Positions 28,237 to 39,578 of a DNA stretch of 64,000 nt are shown here, in pieces (positions within the stretch are counted from its first letter, which is position 1; every line of letters starts with the position of its first letter). The notes below the pieces were generated by a model. It searched no databases. It saw nothing but the letters and a program-made list of their open reading frames with translations, and was not told the DNA's origin. Origin of the DNA: Methanoregula sp. (lineage in GTDB: Archaea; Halobacteriota; Methanomicrobia; Methanomicrobiales; Methanospirillaceae); assembly GCA_039698055.1 (NCBI GenBank), contig JBDKTL010000027.1, positions 80,672-144,671 of the forward strand. The letters are read 5' to 3'. Made by a program: the position numbers and the translations under genes.

Positions 28237-30621
28237 TTATTCGGTTTTTTCCTGCAGCGTTTCTGTCAGTTTCTTAATTGCGTCAAAATCCTTCTTTGGC
28301 GCATACGTTATTTTGCGGAGCTTGTCGGCGTCGGCTTTGCCCGAATCATGTTTGAGGGCACCTGCACTCCTGATTGCCATGGCCGCATGCTCAAGGACTT
28401 CCCGCTGTTCGGTCGTGTAGAGCATCTCCCATGACTGGCGTTCAGATTTCTCCATCGCGTCGCGATCAAGGGAACCTTTTATTTTTGTCATTGCGGCATC
28501 GAAGTGTGCCTTTGTAATCATCACGTTCTTGATCGCGTCGGTCCGCTCCTGTTCGGTCTTTGAACCCATGACGACAAGGAATTCCCTGACTGCGGCCATC
28601 TTTGCCTCGCGGACGAGCGCCTCGATATCGGCACCGACATAGCCTTCAGTCTGCGCCACCATCGCGTCGATGTTCACATCTTTTGCAAGGATAGTCCCGG
28701 CTTCGCCGCTCAAATACACTTCGAAGATCTTTTTGCGGCTCTCTGCATCGGGTGCCGGCACATAGATGTGGCGCTCGAGCCGGCCGGGCCGGAGCAGTGC
28801 CTCGTCAAGCATGTCCGGCCGGTTTGTGGCGGCAAGAATGGTCACGTTCTTGAGTTCTTCCATGCCGTCGAGTTCGGTGAGAATCTGGGAGACTACGCTC
28901 TCGGTCACATGCGACGAGCTACTCGAGAGCCCGCGTTTGGGGACAAGAGCATCGATCTCATCAAAGAAGATGATGGACGGCGATGCCTGTCGGGCCTTGC
29001 GGAAGATCTCCCGTACTCCTTTTTCGGATTCCCCGACCCACTTGGAGAGGAGTTCGGGGCCTTTTACCGAGATGAAGTTGCACTCGCTCTCGTTTGCGAC
29101 GGCTTTTGCAAGCAGGGTCTTTCCCGTTCCCGGCGGCCCAAAGAGCAGGATGCCTTTTGGCGGTTTGGTCTGGAGGCGCTCGAACACTTCCGGGTACTTG
29201 AGCGGCCATTCGACCGCCTCGCGGAGCTCCTGCTTGGTATCCTCAAGACCCCCGACCTGCTTCCACGTGATATCGGGAATTTCAACGAGCACTTCCCGCA
29301 TTGCGCTGGGCTCGACATGTTTTCGGGCCTCATCGAAATCATCGCGGGAAACACGGAGCTGGTCGAGTACTTCATTGGGGATATCCTCGTCGATTTTTAT
29401 CTGGGGGATTACTTTGCGCAGCGCATGCATCGCTGCTTCCTTGACAAGGAGTGCGATATCTGCGCCGACAAACCCTTGAGTGGAGTTGACAAATTCGTCG
29501 ATCTTCACATCGTCGGCGAGGGGGACGCCCCGGGTGTGCACCTGGAAGATCTCGGTCCGCCCTTTCTTATCCGGGATGCCGATCTCGATCTCACGGTCAA
29601 ACCGACCGCCGCGCCGGAGCGCCGGATCGATTGCATCCGGAAGGTTGGTGGCGGCGATCACGATGACCTGCCCCCGGCCTTTAAGCCCGTCCATCAGGGA
29701 GAGGAGCTGGGCGACCACCCTGCGCTCCACTTCGCCTTTTGTGTCCTCACGCTTGGGCGCGATGGAGTCGATTTCATCGATGAAGATGATCGCCGGGGCG
29801 TTCTGCTCGGCCTCCTCGAACTTTTCGCGGAGCCCTTTCTCACTCTCCCCGTAATACTTGCTCATGATCTCGGGGCCCGAGAGCGTGATGAAGTGGGCGT
29901 CCACTTCGTTTGCCACCGCTTTTGCGATCAGCGTCTTACCGGTTCCCGGGGGACCGTAGAGCAGCACCCCTTTTGGCGGCTGGATACCCAGTCGCTCAAA
30001 GATCTCCGGGTGCCGCAGGGGGAGCTCGATCATCTCCCGGACAAGCTGGAGCTCACGTCCCAGCCCGCCGATATCTTCGTAATGGATATCGGATAATTCC
30101 TGCTTGCCCTCTTCTGCCTTGTACGGCTCTTCTTTTAATTCGATCTCCGTGTCATCGGTAACGATGGCAATGCCTTTTGGCAGCACTTTTGCAATAACGA
30201 GCGTGATTGCGTTCCCGATCACGTCGACGCGGACGGTCTGTCCTTCAATCACCGACCGGCCACGCAGCACCCTGGAGAGGTACTGTTCGCCCCCGACAAG
30301 CCGTATCGGTTGTGTCGGCTGTATGACAATTTTTTTGGCATACACGGCTTCGGACTTGCATATCCGCACCTTCTCGTCGATACCGGTGCTGGCGTTGCTC
30401 CGGAGGTTCCCGTCAATCCGCAGGATGGCAAACCCGGTATCCTGCGCAAACCCTGGCCAGACGATCGCTGCGGCTTTCTTTTTGCCCTGTATCTCGATCA
30501 CGTCGCCCGAGACCAGCCCGAGTTTTTTCATCACCTCGATGCTGACCCGTGCAATGCCCCGCCCGGCATCGTCGTGAGCTGCTTCCTTTACTGTTACTTC
30601 TGCATAGGTATTTTCGGTCAT
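28237..30621 (-). CDS. cdc48: CDC48/VCP family AAA+ ATPase
   Basis: N-domain DAGRGIAR; two AAA modules with GPPGTGKT and [26 protein letters not shown]. Confidence 0.97.
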   Translation of the reverse strand: MTENTYAEVTVKEAAHDDAGRGIARVSIEVMKKLGLVSGDVIEIQGKKKAAAIVWPGFAQDTGFAILRIDGNLRSNASTGIDEKVRICKSEAVYAKKIVIQPTQPIRLVGGEQYLSRVLRGRSVIEGQTVRVDVIGNAITLVIAKVLPKGIAIVTDDTEIELKEEPYKAEEGKQELSDIHYEDIGGLGRELQLVREMIELPLRHPEIFERLGIQPPKGVLLYGPPGTGKTLIAKAVANEVDAHFITLSGPEIMSKYYGESEKGLREKFEEAEQNAPAIIFIDEIDSIAPKREDTKGEVERRVVAQLLSLMDGLKGRGQVIVIAATNLPDAIDPALRRGGRFDREIEIGIPDKKGRTEIFQVHTRGVPLADDVKIDEFVNSTQGFVGADIALLVKEAAMHALRKVIPQIKIDEDIPNEVLDQLRVSRDDFDEARKHVEPSAMREVLVEIPDITWKQVGGLEDTKQELREAVEWPLKYPEVFERLQTKPPKGILLFGPPGTGKTLLAKAVANESECNFISVKGPELLSKWVGESEKGVREIFRKARQASPSIIFFDEIDALVPKRGLSSSSSHVTESVVSQILTELDGMEELKNVTILAATNRPDMLDEALLRPGRLERHIYVPAPDAESRKKIFEVYLSGEAGTILAKDVNIDAMVAQTEGYVGADIEALVREAKMAAVREFLVVMGSKTEQERTDAIKNVMITKAHFDAAMTKIKGSLDRDAMEKSERQSWEMLYTTEQREVLEHAAMAIRSAGALKHDSGKADADKLRKITYAPKKDFDAIKKLTETLQEKTE

Positions 30622-30639
30622 CGTAATTCACCTGGATTC

Positions 30640-30679
30640 CTTTAGGTTTACCATAAGTTAGCGTCCTAAAGTATATAAA
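30640..30679 (-). promoter_or_regulatory. cdc48-hsp20 promoter (TATA box TTTATATA) with adjacent palindromic operator
   Basis: Minus-strand TTTATATA at 30672-30679; perfect CTTTAGG-N18-CCTAAAG repeat (30640-30671) enclosing TTTAC-N5-GTTAG. Confidence 0.6.
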
Positions 30680-30847
30680 GATTTGGTATACTTGCAAACC
30701 GTCCCGGAACTGTCCGGACAGGGCTGATTCATGAGAATTTTTACTGGCTGTACCGTTGCCTCTCCATTTATGGTAAAAAAACAGACTTTGAAATAAATGC
30801 CACTGGGGGGATGGTTTAACCCCCACAGCGATTCTAAAAAAAAAAGA

Positions 30848-32581
30848 TCAGTGCGTGTCCGGTGCGTTATCTGCCGGCAATAACCGGTACGCCTCTTTTG
30901 GCACGATAATCTCGAACCGGGCGCCCTCCCCGGCTTTTCCGGTCTCGTGGATGGTGATCCCGGTCAGCGCAAGGATGCCCCGGGTGAATGCAAGCCCAAA
31001 ACCCGTGTGTTTCCCAAACCCATACGTGAAGACCCGTTCTTTATCCTCATCCGGAATACCGACGCCATCGTCCTCAACCCCGATGATCATCTCGCCCGTG
31101 GCTGTTATACGGGCAGATATTTTGATCCGGGTCAGGTGCCCTCCGTGCCGTACCGCATTCTCAAACAGGTTGTACATCACTTTGACCACGAGAGGATCTG
31201 CATAAATTTCCACCGGTGAAAAATCTGGAATGATTTCTATCTTATCATGCGGGAGATCGTCAATTGCCTGGCCGACCACCGACTCAAGCGATTGCCATAC
31301 CGGCTGGAATGCCCCGATCTCCTGGTACTCCCGGCTGAACTGGAGGTAACTGTCAATTTTTCTGACCACATCGATGCTCGAAGAAATGTACTGGTCGCTT
31401 GCCGGACCCGTACGGTTCTCTTTGAGCAGCTCGAGGTATCCCCACAAGCCCGTAAGGAGATTATTGATATCATGGCGGGTCAGCCGGGTCAGGAGCGATA
31501 TCTTCTCATTGGCGAGCCGGAGAGATCTTTCCGATTCTTTCCGGTGCGTGATGTCCCGGAGGATCAGGACAAAACCGGCCGGCTCCCCCTCAGGGTCTTT
31601 GACCACGGACCCGGCAATGCTGACTACTTTGTTGCTGTCATTGTCAAGAATTACCTCATGGTCACTTACCCCACCGTGCTCCCGGATATCCGACCACAGG
31701 AGAGCACCTGCGGGCTCCGGAAGGAATTCCCCCACGGCATGCCCGGGAAGGTTGCGTTCCTCCACGGAAAAAATTGCCGCAGCAGAAGCATTGGCCGACA
31801 GGATCCTCCCGTCAATATCCGATAAGACAAGCCCGTCCGGCATCATGCGGAGAATATCCGGGACCGCTGTCTGCGGGCTGAGTTCAAAGAGACCGTATTT
31901 CTGTATCGTGTACGTAATGATCAGGGAAAAAAGAACAATCCCGATGAACACCAGGTTTGGGAGATGAACCCCAAATGACGGCAGGAGTACTCCTGATAGA
32001 AAACCAAATATGATGACGGTAGCAACTCCAAGGCATACCAGGGCGTTCTGGTGCCGCTTCCTGCCCGGGGCTGCCTGCTGCCATGAACGGTAACTGGTGA
32101 AAGCTGCCCAGAGGATCACGACAAGGATATAGATTGTCTCTGCTATGTAAGCCGGGCTGTCCTGTACCGGCATATAGAATAATCCGGAACCGGGCTGGTA
32201 AACCGCTGTGTACACAAGATCCGTTAGTAACCCGATGAGCGCGAAGACAAGTGCAGGAATATAGAGAGCGGCAAGCACTGCCCAGTACGGCTTCCGCTGC
32301 ACTGCGGGGTTTTCCGTGAAGACAAGGATAAAGTGAGCCGCGAATGCGACGACAAACGGCCAGAATGTGCTCAGTTTCAGCCAGAACCTGACACCATCAA
32401 GACTGGCGGCGTGCCAGATCATGAACTCCCCAAAAGCCCAGTACGAGGCAGCAAGCATGGTGACGAGGAACAGGCGGTTGCTTGCGGACGATGAGCTCTT
32501 TGCATAAACAAAGATACCCAGACCGTACGTGATTACCGCGGAGATGAGACAGAACTGGATCAAAATTGCAGGAACCGGCAT
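30848..32581 (-). CDS. Membrane histidine kinase (HisKA_7TM, PAS, HisKA, HATPase)
   Basis: About seven N-terminal TM helices, PAS (MPDG...RDITHRK), H-box RHDINN, N-box NLFENAVRHG, DDGVGIP, GFGL. Confidence 0.92.
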   Translation of the reverse strand: MPVPAILIQFCLISAVITYGLGIFVYAKSSSSASNRLFLVTMLAASYWAFGEFMIWHAASLDGVRFWLKLSTFWPFVVAFAAHFILVFTENPAVQRKPYWAVLAALYIPALVFALIGLLTDLVYTAVYQPGSGLFYMPVQDSPAYIAETIYILVVILWAAFTSYRSWQQAAPGRKRHQNALVCLGVATVIIFGFLSGVLLPSFGVHLPNLVFIGIVLFSLIITYTIQKYGLFELSPQTAVPDILRMMPDGLVLSDIDGRILSANASAAAIFSVEERNLPGHAVGEFLPEPAGALLWSDIREHGGVSDHEVILDNDSNKVVSIAGSVVKDPEGEPAGFVLILRDITHRKESERSLRLANEKISLLTRLTRHDINNLLTGLWGYLELLKENRTGPASDQYISSSIDVVRKIDSYLQFSREYQEIGAFQPVWQSLESVVGQAIDDLPHDKIEIIPDFSPVEIYADPLVVKVMYNLFENAVRHGGHLTRIKISARITATGEMIIGVEDDGVGIPDEDKERVFTYGFGKHTGFGLAFTRGILALTGITIHETGKAGEGARFEIIVPKEAYRLLPADNAPDTH

Positions 32582-32895
32582 GGTATCACCAAACCAAAAA
32601 ATCGTGAGCAGTGGTCATGATATCCGGGTCTTACGACTATGCGGTCGGGTCACCGTGTCGATACGTATCTGTTATCTGTAATTCATCTTTATACCTCACC
32701 TGCGGAACTTATTCTTGGCTATGTTAACTTCCACACTGGCAATCAGGATCCCGATACAATATATGCCGGGGCACCATTGCTGCAATTTTTTCTTCATTAC
32801 CTTAAATCAACTTTACTTGTTCTCTTAACAAGCCAGATTTCGTCCAGAATCGCAAAACCGAGCATTTATCTTGTCTTTTGTGGAACCGGTATGGT

Positions 32896-34173
32896 ATGAG
32901 TATTGTTGCTGATGCAAAGCGTGGCATCGTTACCGATGAGATGAAGCAGGTGGCCGCCCAGGAAGGCGTCACGGAAGATTTTGTCCGGCGCAGTGTTGCC
33001 GAGGGCCATATTGTCATACCGGTTTCCCCCTATCGGAAAGTAAAAATCTGTGGTATCGGCGAAGGGCTTCGCACGAAAGTGAACGCATCGATTGGAACTT
33101 CTACAGATATTGTCGATATCCCCCAGGAGATCGAAAAAGCCCGGCAGGCAGAACTCGCCGGTGCTGACACGTTGATGGAACTCTCAACTGGCGGCGATTT
33201 TGTCGAGATCAGGAAACAGGTTATTGCCAATACCAGCCTCTCGGTAGGCTGTGTTCCGCTGTACCAGGCATTCATCGAAGCGGCCAAAAAAGACGGCGCG
33301 GTTGTCCATATGAAGGAAGACGACCTTTTCCGGATCACCGCAGAACAGGCAAAACTCGGAACAAACTTCATGGCAATCCACACTGGCATCAACTGGGAGA
33401 CGGTGAAACGGCTGAAAAACCAGGGGCGCCACGGGGGACTTGTATCACGCGGTGGCGCATTCATGACCGCATGGATGCTCCACAATGAAAAAGAGAACCC
33501 GCTTTATTCTGAATTTGATTATTTACTGGAGATCATGAAAGAGCACGAGGTCACGCTCTCGATGGGTAACGGCATGCGGGCCGGCGCGATTCACGATGCA
33601 ACTGACCGTGCTGCCGTGCAGGAACTCCTGATCAATGCCGAGCTTGCCGATAAGGCACATGAACAGAATGTGCAGGTAATCGTTGAAGGACCAGGCCATG
33701 TCCCTATCGATGAAATTGCTGCCAACGTCACCCTGATGAAACGGGTGACCAACAACAAGCCGTTCTACATGCTGGGCCCCATCGTCACCGATATCGCACC
33801 GGGCTATGATGACCGGGTCGCCGCGATTGGCGCTGCCATTTCATCTTCCATGGGTGCGGATTTCATCTGCTATGTCACTCCCGCAGAACACCTTGCTCTC
33901 CCGACACCGGAAGAGGTCTATGAAGGTGTCATGAGCTCCCGCATTGCCGCCCATGTCGGCGATATGGTGAAACTGAAAAAGACCCGGGCCGCCGATCTCG
34001 AAATGGGGCATGCACGCCGCGATTTGGACTGGGAACGCCAGTTCGGTGTCGCAATGAACCCGGAGCGGGCACGCAGGATTCGCAGCGAACGCATGCCGGC
34101 AGATACGGACGGGTGCACGATGTGCGGGGATTACTGCGCATTAAAGATCGTGAGCCGGTATTTCAAATTCTGA
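32896..34173 (+). CDS. thiC: ThiC-family radical SAM enzyme (phosphomethylpyrimidine synthase family; motifs suggest BzaF-like 5-hydroxybenzimidazole synthase)
   Basis: TKVNASIGTS, VSRGG, ENPLY, EGPGHVP, YVTPAEHL, C-terminal CTMCGDYC. Confidence 0.9.
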   Translation: MSIVADAKRGIVTDEMKQVAAQEGVTEDFVRRSVAEGHIVIPVSPYRKVKICGIGEGLRTKVNASIGTSTDIVDIPQEIEKARQAELAGADTLMELSTGGDFVEIRKQVIANTSLSVGCVPLYQAFIEAAKKDGAVVHMKEDDLFRITAEQAKLGTNFMAIHTGINWETVKRLKNQGRHGGLVSRGGAFMTAWMLHNEKENPLYSEFDYLLEIMKEHEVTLSMGNGMRAGAIHDATDRAAVQELLINAELADKAHEQNVQVIVEGPGHVPIDEIAANVTLMKRVTNNKPFYMLGPIVTDIAPGYDDRVAAIGAAISSSMGADFICYVTPAEHLALPTPEEVYEGVMSSRIAAHVGDMVKLKKTRAADLEMGHARRDLDWERQFGVAMNPERARRIRSERMPADTDGCTMCGDYCALKIVSRYFKF

Positions 34174-34397
34174 TTTCCATCATTTGTTTTATTTTTTCGT
34201 ATACCTGATAGACAGACCGCCCTTTATTGCATGGGTTTGCTACGGATACACAGGGTCGCTTTTATAAAAACTGGCTTCTTTTACAGCACGATCTGGCAGC
34301 CAAGGTAATTTTTTTTTTAAAACGGCACCAGAGCAGGAAACCAAAACCATCAGTCGATTATGCAGTTTTTTTAATGAATAAAAAAAGGTATGTGTGT

Positions 34398-35048
34398 TTA
34401 TGCAGTTCCGGCACTGTCATAGAGCATGCAGAGATAGCGTGCTTCGAAGATTACCATGAATGGCATAATGATAAACAGCAGGATTATCCCGATATACGGG
34501 ATCAGCATACAGATGAATTCAACAATGCCAAGTACAATGAACATGACAATCAATGCAATAATATAATTTACCCAGCCAATCTGGCCGATGGTCGCTAAGA
34601 TTGCACTGAAATTAAATGCTTCTCCCATGCTTCCTGTACGGGCAAACCTGATCATGCCAAACATCTCGACCAGTGCAATGAGGATCGCAACAATAATGAA
34701 GATCACCATGCCGATAAGGAAAGCGCCAACCGATGCCATCGCGGCAGTGACGTTCCCAGCCATGGCGTCCAGTACAAGAGGCGTCAGGGCAATCGCCATG
34801 ATAATAATCAGCGGCAGGGCGTAAATAATTGCAATAATCGCGTACTTGATACCATCCACAAAGAGCGTACCCCAGTCCTGTACTTCAGGAGCGGGCTTTT
34901 CTCCGCGGAGAATTTTCAGCATATATCCCATCAGGGGCAGGGCCAGAAGAATTGTTGCGATCAGCAGCAAAAACCACTTGGACCATTTTTCCCATAAGCC
35001 CTCCTTTGCATAGGCAAAGGCTTCACCTACCATGTTTCCAACGTCCAT
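34398..35048 (-). CDS. DUF4013-family membrane protein
   Basis: LMGY...GEKPAPEVQDWGTLFVDGIK, RFARTGSMGEAFNF; multiple TM helices. Confidence 0.82.
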   Translation of the reverse strand: MDVGNMVGEAFAYAKEGLWEKWSKWFLLLIATILLALPLMGYMLKILRGEKPAPEVQDWGTLFVDGIKYAIIAIIYALPLIIIMAIALTPLVLDAMAGNVTAAMASVGAFLIGMVIFIIVAILIALVEMFGMIRFARTGSMGEAFNFSAILATIGQIGWVNYIIALIVMFIVLGIVEFICMLIPYIGIILLFIIMPFMVIFEARYLCMLYDSAGTA

Positions 35049-35306
35049 AACTACACCATACTTGCATTCTGAATCATCGATGACGTTTCAGGCCACAATG
35101 ATTAATTAATCTAAATAACTTCGCAGAATAAAAATATATCGCATATATTTACCGTATTACTCTAAAAAAAGATAAAATGAAGTGCAAATGGAGATCTTCC
35201 CACTTTTTTGGTGACAATTGCCGATCCACCTGAACCAGCGTATGCCGGTACGGAGAACATATACGATCGCACCCTGTTGGGACTTTACGGTCGAATAAAA
35301 AGAAAA

Positions 35307-36791
35307 TTAATGCCGGAAGTACCGCACACCGGTAAAAACCATTGCCATATTCCGGGTGTTGGCTGCTTCGATTACGTCTTTATCCCGGATAGATCCGCCC
35401 GGCTGGACAAGTGCCGTGGCACCGGCATCAGCTGCAACCTCCAGCGTGTCCGGGAACGGCAGGAATGCGTCTGAAGCAACAGCCGACCCTTTCAGGGATG
35501 CACATGCTTTTTCAATTGCGATCTTTGCCGAATCAACCCGGCTCATCTGGCCCGCCCCGATGCCGAGTGTACGGTGCTGGTCTGCAAAAATGATGGTGTT
35601 GCTTTTTGTGTGTTTGCAGACTTTCCATGCAATCTGCAATGCCTTCATTTCATCGGCAGTCGGGTCTCGGTCGGTAATTACGCTCCAGTTCTCCCGGTAG
35701 GCAGGTGTCTTCTGGACAAGGATCCCGCCATCGATTGTCCGGACCTCGTCGGAAGGGACTTTTTCGGGAAGCACCAGGACCCGCATATTCTCCTTCTTTT
35801 TCATGATGGAGAGTGCGTCACCGGAAAACGATGGCGCAACAATTACCTCGACAAATGTCGAGTCAATCTCCTGTGCAAGTTTTGCATCGACTTCCCGGTT
35901 GAGTGAGACCACGGACCCGTACGCAGAAACAGGATCTACTTCCCGTGCTGACAAGTAGGCTGCAAGGATATCCGGGCCGGTCGAAACACCGCAGGGATTA
36001 TTGTGTTTGACAATGACCGCAGTGGGCTCGTCAAATTCCCGCAAAAGACCCGTGCCTGCATTGACATCGAGATAGTTATTGTACGACATCTGCTTTCCCT
36101 GGAGTGGTTCTGTCCCGGCGACGCCGGCAGTCCCGTACACTGCTGCCTGCTGGTGGGGATTTTCCCCATACCTGAGTGTCCGTCCGTTCACGTACTGGAA
36201 CGAAAAAACCGGTGGAAATGATGCATCCAGACGATACAGGTAGTTGCTGATCGCTGCGTCATAGGCGGCGGTCCGGGCAAATGCTTTCTTTGCGAGGTGG
36301 AGTCGCTGATCTGCTGAAATCCCTGTCCCGCCGATCGCGTCGGAAATCAACGGGTAATCGGCCGGGTCAACAACGACGGCAACATCCTTGTAGTTTTTGG
36401 CAGCAGCCCGGATCATTGCCGGGCCACCGATGTCGATGAACTCAATGAGTTTTTCAAGCGGCATTTCCTTTACCGACATCGTTTCAAATGGATAGAGATT
36501 GACCCCCAGGAGATCGATACGGTTGATCCCGTATTTTGCCATTACCGCATCGTCAATCTGCCTCCGGCCTAACAAGCCTCCATGCACTTTGGGGTGGAGC
36601 GTCTTTACCCGCCCGTCCATCATTTCAGGAAAACCGGTATAACTTGACACTTCGGTAAACGGAATCGCATGCTCCGCCAGGACTTTGCCTGTCCCGCCCG
36701 AACTCATGATACTGTATTTGTGCTGAACCAGGGACTGTGCCAGATCCACAATTCCTGTTTTATCCCAGACTGAGAGCAACGCCCACTTCAT
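35307..36791 (-). CDS. purH: Bifunctional AICAR formyltransferase / IMP cyclohydrolase
   Basis: ALLSVWDKTG, GRVKTLHP, IDIGGP, LRYGENPHQ, KHNNPCG, GAGQMSRVDS, SDAF, QPGGS, RYFRH. Confidence 0.96.
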   Translation of the reverse strand: MKWALLSVWDKTGIVDLAQSLVQHKYSIMSSGGTGKVLAEHAIPFTEVSSYTGFPEMMDGRVKTLHPKVHGGLLGRRQIDDAVMAKYGINRIDLLGVNLYPFETMSVKEMPLEKLIEFIDIGGPAMIRAAAKNYKDVAVVVDPADYPLISDAIGGTGISADQRLHLAKKAFARTAAYDAAISNYLYRLDASFPPVFSFQYVNGRTLRYGENPHQQAAVYGTAGVAGTEPLQGKQMSYNNYLDVNAGTGLLREFDEPTAVIVKHNNPCGVSTGPDILAAYLSAREVDPVSAYGSVVSLNREVDAKLAQEIDSTFVEVIVAPSFSGDALSIMKKKENMRVLVLPEKVPSDEVRTIDGGILVQKTPAYRENWSVITDRDPTADEMKALQIAWKVCKHTKSNTIIFADQHRTLGIGAGQMSRVDSAKIAIEKACASLKGSAVASDAFLPFPDTLEVAADAGATALVQPGGSIRDKDVIEAANTRNMAMVFTGVRYFRH

Positions 36792-37110
36792 GCTGTACTA
36801 TGTGCTCAAGAAAGACAAAAAAGGTATGCAGATGTTTATTCTTACCTTGGCAACGAACAATTATCCTGCCGGATCACTCCTTAATGGTTAAGGAGACATC
36901 CGGGATTAGCGGATCACCCCTACAAAAAGAGAATGGAACGCGGACAAAACAGTTTCATTGTCTTGGCAGGTATGCCGGATTTCCCTGCCAACTCCAGCAG
37001 GAATTGAAATTTGGGGGATGATTTTTTGCCCGTGTCTAATTTCCGCCTTAATTTAGTTTTTATTTTCAAATTATGCTTCAATGCTATGATTCAGGTCTTG
37101 CGAACTGTGC

Positions 37111-37123
37111 CAAAGTTTATATA
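37111..37123 (+). promoter_or_regulatory. BRE/TATA promoter of the grpE-dnaK-dnaJ operon
   Basis: CAAAG followed by TTTATATA (37116-37123), ~45 nt upstream of the grpE ATG. Confidence 0.55.
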
Positions 37124-37167
37124 GAACCACAATGCTATAGATATTGGAACATCGATTGGGATGTACT

Positions 37168-37707
37168 ATGGAAACCAATGATTATCACGCCGAACCGGCT
37201 GAACAATCCGGCAGATCAGATGACCCGGAGTCCCGGGCATCTCCACCAATCCCCGAACCGGACGATCAGCGCCAGCGGTATGACGAACTCAATGACCGGT
37301 TCCTCAGGCTCGCTGCTGACTTTGACAATTTCCGGAAACGTTCCGCACGGGAGCGTGAAATCTACACGCTTTTGGCCAACGAACGGTTTGCGGTGGACAT
37401 TCTCGAAGTAGCTGATAACCTGGAGCGGGCCCTCAAATCTGACGAGGCACATCTTCGTGAAGGCGTCGTCCGGATTAACCAGCTGCTTGAAGACATTATG
37501 GCGCGTCATGGTGTGACACCCATAGATGCATTAAAAAAACCATTCAATCCTGCAGAACACGAAGCAATCGTTCATGTTGCCGCCCCGGAAGATGCCGGGA
37601 CGGTGATTGACGAGGTGTCACGCGGGTACCGTATGAACGATCGAGTAATTCGCTACGCAAAAGTTGCGGTATCAAAAGGAAACAATCAACAGAAATCGGA
37701 GGAGTAA
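37168..37707 (+). CDS. grpE: Nucleotide exchange factor GrpE
   Basis: LRLAADFDNFRKR, VADNLERAL, FNPAEHEAI, GYRMNDRVIRYAKVAV. Confidence 0.95.
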   Translation: METNDYHAEPAEQSGRSDDPESRASPPIPEPDDQRQRYDELNDRFLRLAADFDNFRKRSAREREIYTLLANERFAVDILEVADNLERALKSDEAHLREGVVRINQLLEDIMARHGVTPIDALKKPFNPAEHEAIVHVAAPEDAGTVIDEVSRGYRMNDRVIRYAKVAVSKGNNQQKSEE

Positions 37708-37710
37708 ATT

Positions 37711-39573
37711 ATGGCAAAAGAGAAAGTTTTAGGCATTGATTTGGGAACGACGTTTTCCTGTATGTCTATCATGGAAGCGGGAAAGCCCATTGTTATCCCG
37801 AACTCTGAAGGGGCACGTACAACCGCATCCATTGTCGCATTTACCAAAGAAGGCGAACGCCTTGTCGGCAGTCTTGCAAAACGCCAGGCGGTCACCAATC
37901 CCCAGAGGACGATCCAGTCCATCAAGCGGAAGATGGGGACCCAGGAAAAAATAAAAATTGACGACAAGTCATATACCCCCCAGGAAATCTCCGCGATGAT
38001 TCTCCAGAAACTCAAAATCGACGCGGAAGCATATCTTGGCGAGAAGATCACAAAAGCCGTAATCACTGTGCCGGCATATTTCAACGATGCCCAGCGACAG
38101 GCAACAAAGGACGCCGGGAAAATTGCCGGGCTGGAAGTGCTGCGGATCATCAACGAACCCACGGCAAGTGCTCTCGCGTATGGTATTGACAAAGATCAGG
38201 ATGCCACGGTGCTTGTCTACGATCTGGGTGGCGGAACCTTCGATGTCTCGATCCTGACGCTTGGCGATGGCGTCTTTGAAGTAAAATCAACCGCCGGGAA
38301 CAACCATCTTGGTGGCGACGACTTCGACAAGCTGGTGCAGGACTACCTCATTGAAGAATTCAAGAAGAAAGAAGGTGTCGATCTCAGGAACGATCCGTTC
38401 GCTATGCAGCGCCTGCGGGACGCTTCGGAGAATGCAAAGATCGAACTCTCCCAGCGCCAGTCCACCAATGTCAATCTGCCGTATATCACCACGGGAGCGA
38501 GCGGTCCTAAATTCCTCAACATCGATCTTACCCGGTCAAAACTCGAACAGCTCATCGGGAATCTGGTCAATTCAACCACCGGGCCGGTAAAACAGGCATT
38601 AAGCGATGCAAAACTGGAACCAAAAGATATCCATCATGTACTGCTGGTTGGCGGTTCGACCCGTATTCCGATGGTCCAGGAACTGGTGAAAAAACTTCTT
38701 GGCAAGGAACCCGACAAGGGCATCAATCCCGACGAATGTGTTGCACTTGGCGCCGGCATCCAGGGTGCCGTGCTCACTGGTGAGACAAAGGATATCGTGC
38801 TCCTTGATGTAACGCCCCTGACCCTTGGCATCGAAACCCTTGGCGGTATTGCAACAAAACTCATCGAGCGCAACACCACAATTCCCACGCGCAAGAGCCA
38901 GATCTTCTCGACTGCCGCTGATGGCCAGACCAGTGTCGAGATCCATGTCGTCCAGGGAGAACGGGCACTTGCAAAAGATAATTTCACGCTGGGCAAATTC
39001 CAGCTCACCGGTATCCCCCCGGCCCCCCGGGGCATCCCGCAGATCGAAGTGACGTTTGATATCGATTCAAACGGTATCATCCACGTCTCTGCAAAAGATC
39101 TCGGATCCGGAAACCAGCAGGCAATCTCCATCAAAGGGGACAAGAAACTCTCTGAAGACGATATCAAGAAGATGATGGATTCGGCAAAACAGTTTGAAGC
39201 CGATGACAAGGTCAAGCGCGAGGAGATTGAGACCCGCAACCAGGCTGATACTGCCGTGTTTACGGCAGAAAAGATGCTCAAGGAAAGCGGCGACAAACTG
39301 GACGCTGAAGACAAGACCAAGATTGAAGAGGGTATCGCTGCTGCCAAAAAAGCGCTGGGCGAGGAAAATATCGAAGAGATAAAAAAATCCATGGAGACCC
39401 TGACCGAGGCGGTATACGCTGCCACGACCAAGATTTACCAGAAGATCCAGGCCGAGCAGGCAGCTGCCCAGCAGCAGGCAGGCGGTGCCCAGCAAACTTC
39501 CCCGGAACCGGAACAACCGCAGGATGACAACGTAGTCAACGCAGATTACAAGGTCAAAGACGAAGAAGAGTGA
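37711..39573 (+). CDS. dnaK: Chaperone DnaK (Hsp70)
   Basis: [57 protein letters not shown]. Confidence 0.98.
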   Translation: MAKEKVLGIDLGTTFSCMSIMEAGKPIVIPNSEGARTTASIVAFTKEGERLVGSLAKRQAVTNPQRTIQSIKRKMGTQEKIKIDDKSYTPQEISAMILQKLKIDAEAYLGEKITKAVITVPAYFNDAQRQATKDAGKIAGLEVLRIINEPTASALAYGIDKDQDATVLVYDLGGGTFDVSILTLGDGVFEVKSTAGNNHLGGDDFDKLVQDYLIEEFKKKEGVDLRNDPFAMQRLRDASENAKIELSQRQSTNVNLPYITTGASGPKFLNIDLTRSKLEQLIGNLVNSTTGPVKQALSDAKLEPKDIHHVLLVGGSTRIPMVQELVKKLLGKEPDKGINPDECVALGAGIQGAVLTGETKDIVLLDVTPLTLGIETLGGIATKLIERNTTIPTRKSQIFSTAADGQTSVEIHVVQGERALAKDNFTLGKFQLTGIPPAPRGIPQIEVTFDIDSNGIIHVSAKDLGSGNQQAISIKGDKKLSEDDIKKMMDSAKQFEADDKVKREEIETRNQADTAVFTAEKMLKESGDKLDAEDKTKIEEGIAAAKKALGEENIEEIKKSMETLTEAVYAATTKIYQKIQAEQAAAQQQAGGAQQTSPEPEQPQDDNVVNADYKVKDEEE

Positions 39574-39578
39574 CCCAG

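Noticed and set aside
28768-30096. 442-aa plus-strand ORF
   Set aside because: Antisense shadow of cdc48
32582-32895. Searched for a TPP or cobalamin riboswitch upstream of the ThiC-family gene
   Set aside because: No conserved riboswitch core motifs recognised
35307-36791. Bacterial-type PurH in a methanogen
   Set aside because: Already known for Methanomicrobia; not novel
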